A DNA stretch of 64,000 bases from Bacteroidota bacterium (GTDB lineage Bacteria > Bacteroidota > Bacteroidia > JABEUT01), in the NCBI GenBank assembly GCA_013285655.1, contig JABDHI010000006.1, positions 933 to 64,932 of the forward strand. The letters run 5' to 3'. The position numbers were made by a program, and so were the translations under genes. Positions 9,635 to 19,302 of the stretch are shown here, one piece after another; the first letter of the stretch is position 1; each line of letters starts with the position of its first letter. Under the pieces are notes generated by a model that was not told where the DNA came from, did not search any database, and saw only the letters and a list, made by a program, of their open reading frames with translations.

Positions 9635-10861
9635 ATGGAAAACAAACAAGTGGACGCTATCGTGAAAGAAATAAGCGATAACATAAACACCATAAAAACA
9701 AAAGGCGAAGCGCAAGATGCGCAGCTAAAATCGCTCGATGCTAAAATAGCAGCCAACCAATGGCAGCTGGGCGATAAATACGAGGCCCTGCGTAAGGACT
9801 TCGACCAGATGACTGCTATGCTTAAAAAAGGCAGAATATTTGGTGCTGCCGACCGGGGCATGACCGTAAAAGACTTACTGCATGCACAACGCGAAGGACT
9901 GGCGAGTCTGAGGAATAAAGCCGGCATACCGGTAAGCTTGTCGTTAAAGGCAAATCATTTATTTACCAAAACGGCAGGTAATGTTACCGAAGGTAGCAAC
10001 CTAATAGGCACTGATGCTATACCACCTACCAGGCTCGAAGGTATTTATTCGCAACCCTTAAGGCCGGTGCATATACGCCAGTTTATGAATACTACGGCTA
10101 CCGATAGTAACCAGATACTGTTTAACCAGTTGACCGGTGAAAACGACGGAAGTGGAAGCACAGCAGAAGGAGCCAGTGCGGCACAGAGCGACTTTACCAT
10201 TACCGCGCAAGAAGTGGTAGTACGTAAGCTGAACACTTACCTTACCATTAGTAAAGAAATGATGGAAGATGCCGACTTTGTAGATAACTACATTAACACC
10301 CACGTAGCCGGCCGCTTGCTGATGCAGGAAGATACCCAGATAATATCGGGTAACAACAGTGCGCCAAATTTGCAGGGTATTGCACCTATTGCATCGGCGT
10401 ATGCTAACCCAATTATTCCGGGTGCTACACCAAGCAGCATTAACTATTACGATGTGCTGCACCAGGCTGTTACCCAGGCTCGCGTGTTGTACTACACACC
10501 AAACTATATTATCATTCACCCGAACGATTATAACGCATTGGTGTTAAGCCGCGATAGTTATGGCCGTTACCAGTTTCCGCAAATGATAAGCGGAGCACCG
10601 GGCACCTTCTTTATTAACGGTGCGCAGGTTATTGCTAACACGGCTATGACACAGGGTTACTTCCTTGTCGGCGATTTTCAACTGGGTGCTACCCTTGCTT
10701 ACCGCGACGAGATAAACGTAACCTTCAGTAATCAGCACGTAGACAACTTTGTAAAGGGGTTTATTACTGTGCTTGTTGAAGAACGCCTTGCCAATGTGGT
10801 TTACCGACCAACCGCATTTGTGTATGGCAACTTTAACCAGGCGGAAGCTTCTGGCTCGTAA
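9635..10861 (+). CDS. phage major capsid protein, HK97 fold
   Basis: 408 aa with an N-terminal coiled-coil delta-like region, then sequence typical of HK97-family MCPs (LNTYLTISKEMMEDADFV...ISGNNSAPNLQGI...YIIIHPNDY). It follows the prohead protease. Confidence 0.85.
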   Translation: MENKQVDAIVKEISDNINTIKTKGEAQDAQLKSLDAKIAANQWQLGDKYEALRKDFDQMTAMLKKGRIFGAADRGMTVKDLLHAQREGLASLRNKAGIPVSLSLKANHLFTKTAGNVTEGSNLIGTDAIPPTRLEGIYSQPLRPVHIRQFMNTTATDSNQILFNQLTGENDGSGSTAEGASAAQSDFTITAQEVVVRKLNTYLTISKEMMEDADFVDNYINTHVAGRLLMQEDTQIISGNNSAPNLQGIAPIASAYANPIIPGATPSSINYYDVLHQAVTQARVLYYTPNYIIIHPNDYNALVLSRDSYGRYQFPQMISGAPGTFFINGAQVIANTAMTQGYFLVGDFQLGATLAYRDEINVTFSNQHVDNFVKGFITVLVEERLANVVYRPTAFVYGNFNQAEASGS

Positions 10862-10975
10862 AGCAAAGCCCCATCCCAACCTTCCCCATTAGGGAAGGAA
10901 ACAGAGCTTGCTAAAGTCCTCCCCAATGGGGAGGATTTAGGAGGGGCTTCTATTTAGTTCTTTCATGGTTGGTTT

Positions 10976-11014
10976 GGCCGGGCTTTGTTCTTAGGGACGG
11001 GTCCGGCTTTTTTT
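10976..11014 (+). terminator. rho-independent terminator after the capsid gene
   Basis: GGCCGGGC...GTCCGGC stem followed by TTTTTTT. Confidence 0.55.
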
Positions 11015-11173
11015 ACAATTAAGAATTAAAAATTAAGAATTACGAATGAAAACGAGGGCGGTTTTTGTCCCCCGCTGGAGGGGGAAGTGGGAGGATTGAA
11101 CAAGCAAGCCGGTATTTTGCAGAAACAAGGATTTTTCGTAAATTTGTATAGGTTACTCATTAATTATATAGCC

Positions 11174-11410
11174 ATGACTACACTGCAAATAAAGAATAAG
11201 CTTATCAGTACCATAAAATCGGTTAAAGACCCTGATGTATTGGAAGATTTGTACAGGTTATTGAATATTGAGACAGAGGATATTGAGAAGCTGAAAATCC
11301 CTGCGCGTGTAAAGAAAGCAATTGCTCAAGGACAAAAAGATATTAAAGAAGGCAGACATTATACAAATAAGCAGGCAGACGATCAGATTGACCGATGGCT
11401 AAAGAAATAG
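11174..11410 (+). CDS. type II antitoxin (partner of the ParE/RelE toxin)
   Basis: 78-aa acidic protein (MTTLQIKNKLISTI...) that overlaps the toxin start by 16 nt. The ORF-track start at 11087 lies in repeat DNA, so the internal ATG at 11174 is preferred. Confidence 0.6.
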   Translation: MTTLQIKNKLISTIKSVKDPDVLEDLYRLLNIETEDIEKLKIPARVKKAIAQGQKDIKEGRHYTNKQADDQIDRWLKK

Positions 11411-11697
11411 TATGGTCGGCACTGGCAATACACGACCGTAAGAATATTTTATCGTACTGGATAAACAGGAACCACTCTAAGTTATATAGTATTAAACTGG
11501 ATATGCTTATTAGAGAAGCTGTAAAACTAATTGCAGAATACCCGTTTATTGGTAAGCCAACAGATGCCAGAGGGATTAGAGCTAAGAAGGTGCGCGATTA
11601 TTTTATTCTTTATACAGTAAAAGAGAATCAGATACAGATATTAACTATATGGGATACCCGCCAAGACCCACAAGACCTAAAAGAAAGATTGAAGTAA
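11395..11697 (+). CDS. type II toxin, RelE/ParE family
   Basis: 100 aa with family-typical layout (EIVWSALAIHDRKNILSYW...YPFIGKPT...YFILYTVKENQIQILTIWDTRQDP). Confidence 0.75.
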   Translation: MAKEIVWSALAIHDRKNILSYWINRNHSKLYSIKLDMLIREAVKLIAEYPFIGKPTDARGIRAKKVRDYFILYTVKENQIQILTIWDTRQDPQDLKERLK

Positions 11698-11705
11698 TTT
11701 GAGGT

Positions 11706-12641
11706 ATGAGGAAACCACTGTATATCATCTTAATATCTGTTTGCCTGTTGATACTTATTGCGTGCCAGCAAAAAAATGGGTTCACTAATAAAAATGAAGC
11801 TAAAAATGATATGGTTAATGGACTCAAAGAAGGTAAGTGGATTGAATATTGGGATTATAATCATTATGTAACTGATACTAATAAGGGATATGAAATATAC
11901 ATACTCACGATTTATAAAAAGGGTAAGCCATATGGTATAGTTCGAGAATATTATAAATGCGGAAAAATAGAACGAGAGATCCCTTATGTAAATGGAGTCG
12001 AGAAGTGGTATAGTGAAAACGGGTATGAGTGGGGTGAATACCCAACAATAAACGGTAAAAGGGATGGAATCGCTAAAGAGTATTTTAAGGGTATGTTAAC
12101 AAAGGAAGCCCCTTTTAATAATGGTAAGTTAAATGGAGTGGTAAAGGAATATATCGAAAGTGATAAAGTAATTAAAGAAACTCCTTATTCTAATGATGAT
12201 AAAAATGGAATTGAAAAATGGTATTACGAAAATGGTAAAGTTTTTAAAGTAGTTCCATATAAGAATGGGGTAAAGGATGGAATTGAAATTGTTTACGGTG
12301 AGAAAGGAGAAATTGAATCTAAGCATTCGTTTAAAAGGGGTTGCGAATACGGAACGGGAATAGATTATTATTACAATGGAAAGATTATGTATGAAGTGCC
12401 TTATATTATAGATAGTACAGTTGGAAGCTTTAGAAGTGAAATAAATGGCATTAAGAAAACCTATTATGAAAGTGGTGAGTTGAACTTTGAGATGCCTTTT
12501 ACCAAGGGTAACTTAAATGGAGAAGTAAAAGAATATTATAAAAATGGGAAATTAAAGTCTGAAACTAATTATAAGAATGGGGTGTTTGGTATACAAGGAA
12601 AAACAAAACACTATGACGAAATCGGTAACGAAATAAAATGA
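11706..12641 (+). CDS. YwqK/MORN-variant repeat lipoprotein, paralog 1
   Basis: Lipoprotein signal (LLILIAC), the shared N-terminal motif GFTNKNEAKNDMVNGLKEGKWIEY, and repeated NGxxxGxxKEYYxxGKL units. Confidence 0.8.
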   Translation: MRKPLYIILISVCLLILIACQQKNGFTNKNEAKNDMVNGLKEGKWIEYWDYNHYVTDTNKGYEIYILTIYKKGKPYGIVREYYKCGKIEREIPYVNGVEKWYSENGYEWGEYPTINGKRDGIAKEYFKGMLTKEAPFNNGKLNGVVKEYIESDKVIKETPYSNDDKNGIEKWYYENGKVFKVVPYKNGVKDGIEIVYGEKGEIESKHSFKRGCEYGTGIDYYYNGKIMYEVPYIIDSTVGSFRSEINGIKKTYYESGELNFEMPFTKGNLNGEVKEYYKNGKLKSETNYKNGVFGIQGKTKHYDEIGNEIK

Positions 12642-13372
12642 CCAAACCACTGTATATAACCTTACTTATTGCATTGCTTATAACCAGCTGCAAGCAAACG
12701 GCCAAAGAGTATTACAGTAACGGCATGCTAAAAAGTGAAGTTCTGCTATCGAATGGCGTAAAAGATGGAATAATGAAGGTATATACTGCTGATGGTAAGT
12801 TAAGAGCTGAGATACCTTATGTAGATGGAAAAGAAGAAGGTATTGGCAAATGGTATTGGGATGATGGCAAGATACAGATACTAATGCCTAAGAAAAACAA
12901 TAAAGCAAACGGAATAGTGAAGTGGTATTTCGAGAATGGAAACCTGAGCCAGGAGATACCCGACAGCGATGGTGTGAAGAACGGATTGGAGAAGCGCTAT
13001 TACGAGAGCGGTAAACTATTGGCAGAAACCATGTACAGCAACGGCGTTGAAAATGGTCCGGAGCGGGAGTATTTCGAGAATGGTAAATTGAAATTTGAGG
13101 TTACCAATAAGATGGGTAAGCGAGCCGGGCTATGCAAAACCTATTACGAAACCGGGTTTATAACAGAGACACCTTACATTGATAATGAAATAAGCGGTAC
13201 CGAGAAGATATATGATGCCAGTGGCAAGTTATTTCAGGAGACTGTATTTAAGGATGGTGATAAGGTTAGCGAAAAGTATTATAAAGATGGAAAGCTGGAT
13301 AGCGAAACCGATTACAGTAATGGTACAGAGACCGATCATAAAGAGTTTGATAAAAACGGCAATGAAAAGTAA
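12638..13372 (+). CDS. YwqK/MORN-variant repeat lipoprotein, paralog 2
   Basis: ATGA overlap with paralog 1, lipoprotein signal (LLITSC), and repeated G-x-K-x-G-x-x-K-x-Y-Y-x-x-G-K-L units. Confidence 0.8.
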   Translation: MTKPLYITLLIALLITSCKQTAKEYYSNGMLKSEVLLSNGVKDGIMKVYTADGKLRAEIPYVDGKEEGIGKWYWDDGKIQILMPKKNNKANGIVKWYFENGNLSQEIPDSDGVKNGLEKRYYESGKLLAETMYSNGVENGPEREYFENGKLKFEVTNKMGKRAGLCKTYYETGFITETPYIDNEISGTEKIYDASGKLFQETVFKDGDKVSEKYYKDGKLDSETDYSNGTETDHKEFDKNGNEK

Positions 13373-13494
13373 AATGAAACAGCCCTCTCCAAACCTCTCC
13401 CTCGAGGGAGAGGTTTTTGGAAAGAAAACTCCTTTAGTCCTCCCCTCTAGGGGAGGATTTAGGCGGGGCGAATTGGTAACGAAATAAAATAATT

Positions 13495-13872
13495 ATGAAG
13501 CTAAAGATAATAATACCTTGTTTTTTACTTCTTATGCCTGTTTTGGTGGTTGGACAAAAGGCCCACCATACCAAATATTTATATGCTGACAGTGGCTTTA
13601 CCAATAAAGCAGAGGCCAAGAACGTTACTATAAATGGTTTGAAGGATGGGAAATGGATGGAGTATTATAATCTTGAAACTAAAACATCAAATTCTAATCC
13701 TTATGAAACAACCATAAACGTACCAACTGCAGATACTAATGCCATGTATTATGATTTGGGTGTTTACAAAGCCGGCAAGCTAAATGGGGTAGTAAGATAC
13801 TACGAGAATAAAAGCAATAAGTATATGTTTTGGCATTATTTTATCAATGGTAAAAAAATAGAAAGCCGGTAA
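13495..13872 (+). CDS. YwqK/MORN-variant repeat protein, short/truncated paralog 3
   Basis: Signal peptide plus DSGFTNKAEAKNVTINGLKDGKWMEY; only 125 aa, so it may be a truncated copy. Confidence 0.6.
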   Translation: MKLKIIIPCFLLLMPVLVVGQKAHHTKYLYADSGFTNKAEAKNVTINGLKDGKWMEYYNLETKTSNSNPYETTINVPTADTNAMYYDLGVYKAGKLNGVVRYYENKSNKYMFWHYFINGKKIESR

Positions 13873-13956
13873 ATAAAGTAAAGCCTAAATGATAACCCTC
13901 GTTGACTACAATAACTTTTACGCTTCATACATGCGATATAAAATAATAAAATAACT

Positions 13957-14679
13957 ATGAAACTAAAAAAACTGATTACTTGCTCTTTATTACTTGCTCC
14001 TGCCTTTATGATGGCGCAGAAGCATATCCAACAACCACAATACCCCGATAGTGGCTTTATCAATAAAGCAGAGGCGAAGAACATAACCATAGATGGAAAA
14101 AAAGAAGGGATGTGGATCGATTATTTGGATTCATTGCGCAGACTTACTACAGATACCAATGCGCCGTATTATGCACTTAATGTATATAAGGCGGGTAAGT
14201 TTACTAAGCTTGAGCGCGGGTATTATAAAAGTGGAAAGTTGATGTTTCGCATACACTATGACAATGGCAGGGAAAATGGACGGGAAGAAAATTTTTATGA
14301 AGATGGGAAAGTAAGATCGGATGCTATGGTGATAAATGACACTTTGCATGGAACGGTTAAATTCTACTATCCTAATGGAAAAATGAAATCGCTTACTAAT
14401 TATTTTCACGGAATAAAAGTGGGAGAGGTTAAAGTTTATTATGAAAACGGCAATATACACCAGGAAGCTGAATATTCTGATGGTGTGCCGAATGGCACTG
14501 TTACCACATACTACGAAGATGGTAAGCTGAAAGATGTAGATACCTATGACAACGGTAATTTAAACGGGCTAAGCAAAATGTATTACGAAGATGGTAAGTT
14601 GGAACGTACAGTAAGTTATAACGAGGGTACACCGGGAGAAATTAAGAACTACGATGAAAACGGCAATGAAATAAAGTAG
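13957..14679 (+). CDS. YwqK/MORN-variant repeat protein, paralog 4
   Basis: Signal peptide, DSGFINKAEAKNITIDGKKEGMWIDY, MORN-like repeats, and C-terminal YDENGNEIK. Confidence 0.8.
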   Translation: MKLKKLITCSLLLAPAFMMAQKHIQQPQYPDSGFINKAEAKNITIDGKKEGMWIDYLDSLRRLTTDTNAPYYALNVYKAGKFTKLERGYYKSGKLMFRIHYDNGRENGREENFYEDGKVRSDAMVINDTLHGTVKFYYPNGKMKSLTNYFHGIKVGEVKVYYENGNIHQEAEYSDGVPNGTVTTYYEDGKLKDVDTYDNGNLNGLSKMYYEDGKLERTVSYNEGTPGEIKNYDENGNEIK

Positions 14680-14749
14680 CATGAATTGGCACATGAAACA
14701 TTGAAGTGTGTGCCATTATGTGCCAAAATTTAAACGAGCTAAAATAACT

Positions 14750-15220
14750 ATGAAACTAAAAGCAATAGTACTACCAGTATTTTTAATGGGTATCTCTGTA
14801 TCGGTGAAGGCCCAAAAGCATGCCCATACAGAAGCATACGATAGTGGCTTTACCAATAAAGCCGAAGCCAAAAACAAAATGGTGAATGGTAAAAAAGAAG
14901 GTAAGTGGGTGGAGGAATTTAAAAACACTGGAGATACTACAAAGCCAATTTATAGGTTAGCGGTTTATAAAAGTGGTAAGCTAAACGGCATTGCCAGGTA
15001 TTACTATGCTAATGGAACCGAATACGAAGAAGAAGCATACACCAATGGTACCAGGAATGGGGTTACTAAAGAATTTGATAGCCGTAAACACCTTGTAAAA
15101 GAAACTCCGTATATTAACGATACTATAAACGGAGTAGTTAAAGATTTTAATGCGGATGGAACACTTAAAAAAGAGACGTTGTATTATAAGGGGAAGGAAG
15201 GAATTTCGAAAAGCCACTAG
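14750..15220 (+). CDS. YwqK/MORN-variant repeat protein, paralog 5
   Basis: The internal ATG at 14750 gives signal peptide MKLKAIVLPVFLMGISVSVKAQ, followed by DSGFTNKAEAKNKMVNGKKEGKW. Confidence 0.75.
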   Translation: MKLKAIVLPVFLMGISVSVKAQKHAHTEAYDSGFTNKAEAKNKMVNGKKEGKWVEEFKNTGDTTKPIYRLAVYKSGKLNGIARYYYANGTEYEEEAYTNGTRNGVTKEFDSRKHLVKETPYINDTINGVVKDFNADGTLKKETLYYKGKEGISKSH

Positions 15221-15494
15221 GCCAATTAAGAATTAAAAATTAGTAATTAAGAATTGAGGAACAATGTTGAACCCAATAGTTTTAAGAGTCCCTTTAGGGG
15301 ATGGGATGAAAATGAAATACTTGATGAGAAGCTACACACATTTTTTCGACCTGTGTGCAATTGTGTGTAATGATAATTTATTAATGGAGTGAATGCTTTA
15401 CACAAATACCCTGTTTCGTGTAAAAATATGTAAAGTAAAAAGAAGTCATAAGTGGAAAGTTGTAAGTCGTTAGAGAAACAGTAAATTGTAGTTT

Positions 15495-15578
15495 GCGTTA
15501 GGGATAGAAGCGGTTACCCCGCAGCGCAGCGAGGAGTAAAAGCGGATAGCCCGACCGAGGAACGAGGGAACGCCCAAA
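15495..15578 (+). repeat. AB-element, module B only
   Basis: GCGTTAGGGATAGAAGCGGTTACCCCGCAGCGCAGCGAGGAGTAAAAGCGGATAGCCCGACC...GGGAACGCCCAAA. Confidence 0.9.
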
Positions 15579-15652
15579 TGAAATTAGAAATGAAAAGCTA
15601 AAAGTGAAAATTAAATAGGAAGGTCTTCGACAAGCTCAGACTGACAATATAT

Positions 15653-17230
15653 ATGAAACGCCCCTTAATATATACCATACTACTAACTACGCTGCTAATA
15701 AGCTGCCGTAACGATACGGGCTTTACAAACCCAAAGGAAGCTGAGAACATAGATATAATGGGGGTAAAGACAGGCAAATGGCTGGATAGGTTAGATAGTA
15801 ATTTCGAAATTACTAAAGATACCAACGCGCCTTTTTACAACCTGGTGTTTTACCGTGCGGGTAAAGCCAACGGAATGATACGCACCTATTACCGCGATGG
15901 TAAACTGCGGTGCGAATATGCGGCATGGGGTTACAGGCCAGATGATACGGTAAAGGTGTATTACGAAAGCGGAAAGATAAAATCGTTGATACCTTATGTG
16001 CACGATACCATTACAGGTACCACGCGAGATTTTTATAAGAACGGAAAACTGGAGCTGGAAATACCCCGTAAAAACGGGTTGTACGACGGGGTTACCAGGA
16101 AGTATTACCCCAATGGGCAGCTGGAGAAAGAGACTCCCTGCACCGATGATAATATTGACGGGCCCGAAAAGGCATATTACGAAAACGGCAAGCTGCAATA
16201 TGTGGCTCCGTATGTTGATGGTAAGCTAAATGGCAATTACACCGAGTATTACGAAAACGGAAAGGTAAAAGCCATTTCGCCTTATGTAAATGGTAAGCTT
16301 AACGGAATTAAAAAAGAATATGCCGACGACGGTGCCTTAAGCTACGAGGGCAACTACGAATTTGGTAACCGTACCGGCTTGGTTAAGTGGTATTACGCCC
16401 ATGGCAAACTGAGTGAAGATGCTATGTATAAGAATGATAGTGTGCAGGGTATAGTACATTGGTATGATACAAATGGCAAAGTTCAATATACGGCGACCTA
16501 TAAAAACGATGAAATTATAGACGGGAAATTTAAAAGCGATCCGGATGATGATGGAGATTATTCGATAGGTACTTATAAAAATGGTGCGTTGAATGGAACC
16601 ATGTACTGGTATTATGCCGATGGTAAAGTAGAAACAGAAGTGACCTATGTAGATGGTTTGGCACAAGGCATTAAAAAAGGCTTTTATGAGAATGGCAAAC
16701 CGAAGTTTACCCAGGCTATGAAAGATGATGATGTCAATGGCATTGCTATATTTTATAAGCCCGATGGAAGTGTAGATTATAAGTGTGTATATGACCTGGG
16801 CATTCCGGTAAGCGGAATTGAGCGCAGCAATTTCGAAAAAGGCGGAGAAGGAGCTTATACCGAAGCAACGTATGATAACAGTAAGCTTAATGGCAGTTTT
16901 AAATGGTTTTACCCTGATGGTAAGCTGGAGTGCCAGTGTATATATGTAAACGATAGCGTGCTAAGCGGTACTGCACGTAAAGACTATGATGAAGCAGATG
17001 GCGGTGGCTATACCGAAGCATGTTATGTAAATGGCAAACTTAATGGCGTTTACAAATGGTTTTACTCCGAAGGAAAATTGGCCGCCCAAATACCGTATAC
17101 CAACAATGTAGAAGATGGACTGGCTACTTTTTATTATAAAAGCGGTATAAAAAAAGAAGAAATACAGTGGAGGGACGGACGCCGTATGGCAGATGCCACA
17201 TATGATGAGCATGGCAAACTGATGAAGTAA
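15653..17230 (+). CDS. YwqK/MORN-variant repeat lipoprotein, long paralog 6
   Basis: 525 aa with lipoprotein signal (LLISC), GFTNPKEAENIDIMGVKTGKW, and about 18 MORN-like units. Confidence 0.8.
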   Translation: MKRPLIYTILLTTLLISCRNDTGFTNPKEAENIDIMGVKTGKWLDRLDSNFEITKDTNAPFYNLVFYRAGKANGMIRTYYRDGKLRCEYAAWGYRPDDTVKVYYESGKIKSLIPYVHDTITGTTRDFYKNGKLELEIPRKNGLYDGVTRKYYPNGQLEKETPCTDDNIDGPEKAYYENGKLQYVAPYVDGKLNGNYTEYYENGKVKAISPYVNGKLNGIKKEYADDGALSYEGNYEFGNRTGLVKWYYAHGKLSEDAMYKNDSVQGIVHWYDTNGKVQYTATYKNDEIIDGKFKSDPDDDGDYSIGTYKNGALNGTMYWYYADGKVETEVTYVDGLAQGIKKGFYENGKPKFTQAMKDDDVNGIAIFYKPDGSVDYKCVYDLGIPVSGIERSNFEKGGEGAYTEATYDNSKLNGSFKWFYPDGKLECQCIYVNDSVLSGTARKDYDEADGGGYTEACYVNGKLNGVYKWFYSEGKLAAQIPYTNNVEDGLATFYYKSGIKKEEIQWRDGRRMADATYDEHGKLMK

Positions 17231-17277
17231 ATAGTGTAAATGGTGAGTTGTAAATGAAATATCACCTAATGTGGTTC

Positions 17278-17377
17278 GCGTTAGGGATTGTAGTGGAAAG
17301 CCCGGAGCATAGCGAGGATCCCGCAGCATTGCGGGACCCGACCCGTCCCGAGTACTCGGGAGAGGGGAACGCCCAAG
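17278..17377 (+). repeat. AB-element, module B only
   Basis: GCGTTAGGGATTGTAGTGGAAAGCCCGGAG...CCCGCAGCATTGCGGG...TCCCGAGTACTCGGGA...GGGGAACGCCCAAG. Confidence 0.9.
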
Positions 17378-17431
17378 TAATTAAATGGAATAGATGCTTC
17401 ATTCTTCAGCATGACAAAAATGGAATAAGAA

Positions 17432-17980
17432 ATGAAAACCTTTGCAGAAACAGAAAGACTGATATTACGGGAGTTGGTAATGGCCGACGACCAGGGTATG
17501 TTTGAGCTCGACTCAGACCCGGAGGTGCACAAATACCTGGGCAACGAACCGGTTAAAACCATAGAACAAAGCCGCGATGCCATTAACTTTATAAGGAAAC
17601 AATATGAAGATAATGGCATTGGCCGCTGGGCGGTTATTGAAAAACAATCGGGTAAGTTTATAGGTTGGGCCGGCCTAAAACTTATTAAAGAACCTGTAAA
17701 CGGACACATTAACATACACGATGTTGGCTATAGGTTTATAAAGCAAGCCTGGGGCAAAGGCTATGCAACCGAAGCCGCTAAGGCTTGTATAAATTATGGG
17801 TTTAACACCCTTGGCCTAACCGAAATTTATGGTTTTGCCAATTTAGATAATGAAGCATCGAAGGCGGTATTGCAAAAGTGCGGCTTGGTATACCGCAACA
17901 ACTTTACCTTTGTGGGTATTGAGCACGCATGGTACGAGATTAAAAGCGTAGCTTTTAATCAATTAAAAATTAAGAATTAA
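17432..17980 (+). CDS. GNAT-family N-acetyltransferase (RimJ/RimL-like)
   Basis: ETERLILRE start, then ...GIGRWAVIEKQSGKFIGWAGL...GYRFIKQAWGKGYATEAAKACINYGF. Confidence 0.85.
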   Translation: MKTFAETERLILRELVMADDQGMFELDSDPEVHKYLGNEPVKTIEQSRDAINFIRKQYEDNGIGRWAVIEKQSGKFIGWAGLKLIKEPVNGHINIHDVGYRFIKQAWGKGYATEAAKACINYGFNTLGLTEIYGFANLDNEASKAVLQKCGLVYRNNFTFVGIEHAWYEIKSVAFNQLKIKN

Positions 17981-18068
17981 AAATTGCGAAACAATAATGA
18001 GTTCAATATTTAATAATTGAGATGGGATTAATTATAACATTTGCGTTTTTGCGGTAAAATAAATTAAA

Positions 18069-19268
18069 ATGAAAGCGATCTTATTTTTTTCACTTTTAGC
18101 GTTTCACTTTTCACTTTTAGCTCAATCAGGCGGTTTTACAAATAAAGCTGAAGCTGAGAACCATAAGATAGATACGGTTAAAGAAGGTAAGTGGATAGAG
18201 TATATAGATAGTACAGGCCATGTAACTACTGATGGGGCTGCGCCGGCTTATGTGCTTACCAATTATCATTTGGGTAAACCTGCAGGTGTTGTAAATGGCT
18301 TTTTCCGGAATGATGATGCTAAGCTTTTTGAACTGCCTTACATAAATGGTATGAAAAACGGTGTACAGAAAATATTTTACCATAGCGGGGCTCTCCATAT
18401 TGAAGTTCCGTTTACCAATGATACTGTTAATGGTATTAAAAAAGAATATTTAGAAAGTGGAATACTTGCACAAGAAACGACTTATAAAATGGGTATTCAG
18501 CATGGCCTCTTTAAAAAGTATTACGATAATGGCACTGTAAACTGGATAATTCCTTTTGTAAACGGTAAGATAGATGGCGTACAACGTGAATTTTATAAAA
18601 GCGGACTCCGCCAGGGGTTATTTGCTTTTGTGGGCGGTGTTGAAACCGGTGTTGACTCTCAGTTTTACGAAAGCGGAAAACCCCAATTTATTACACCTTT
18701 TGTAAATGGTAAAAAAAACGGTGTCGAAAAAGATTATTACCCGAGTGGAATACTTAAAGGTGAATACCCTTACCTGGATAATAAGACCGATGGCCTTGTA
18801 ATAGAGTACTACGAGAGCGGTAAACTAAAAAGCGAAAAGCCCTGCAAGCAAGATCAGATAAACGGTACTGAAAAAGATTATTACGAAAGCGGTTTGCTAA
18901 AGGCTGAGTTTCCATACAGCAACGGTGTATCTAATGGTATTGTTAAAGAATATTATGAAAGCGGTAAGCTGAAATACGAAACGCCTATAACCAATGGTAA
19001 AAAAAATGGTGTCGAAAAAGACTATTACGAAAGCGGTATACTTAAAGGCGAATTTCCGGTGACTGATGGTAAAACCAATGGACTTGTAAAGCAGTATTAC
19101 GAAGACGGCAAACTACAATTTGAAGCACCATATACATTAGATAAACGAAACGGAACAGCCAAAGAATATTATGAGAATGGGAAAGTAAAATCTGAAATAC
19201 CCTATACCAACGACATTATTAGCGGCCCTGTAAAGAGCTATGATGTTAATGGCGCCCCAATCAATTAA
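18069..19268 (+). CDS. YwqK/MORN-variant repeat protein, paralog 7
   Basis: Signal peptide, GGFTNKAEAENHKIDTVKEGKWIEY, and about 13 regular NGxKxGxxKxYYESGxLK units. Confidence 0.8.
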   Translation: MKAILFFSLLAFHFSLLAQSGGFTNKAEAENHKIDTVKEGKWIEYIDSTGHVTTDGAAPAYVLTNYHLGKPAGVVNGFFRNDDAKLFELPYINGMKNGVQKIFYHSGALHIEVPFTNDTVNGIKKEYLESGILAQETTYKMGIQHGLFKKYYDNGTVNWIIPFVNGKIDGVQREFYKSGLRQGLFAFVGGVETGVDSQFYESGKPQFITPFVNGKKNGVEKDYYPSGILKGEYPYLDNKTDGLVIEYYESGKLKSEKPCKQDQINGTEKDYYESGLLKAEFPYSNGVSNGIVKEYYESGKLKYETPITNGKKNGVEKDYYESGILKGEFPVTDGKTNGLVKQYYEDGKLQFEAPYTLDKRNGTAKEYYENGKVKSEIPYTNDIISGPVKSYDVNGAPIN

Positions 19269-19302
19269 AAATTACGAATTAAAAATTAAGAATGCGGCGT
19301 TT

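Noticed and set aside
13212-13487. 91-aa ORF bridging the end of MORN paralog 2 and the repeat block, ending in ...GELVTK.
   Set aside because: It is out of frame with paralog 2 and is composed of repeat-word translation. However, the last 24 nt (13468-13491) read in another frame as IGNEIK*, a relic of a MORN gene 3' end. This relic is noted under the array finding.
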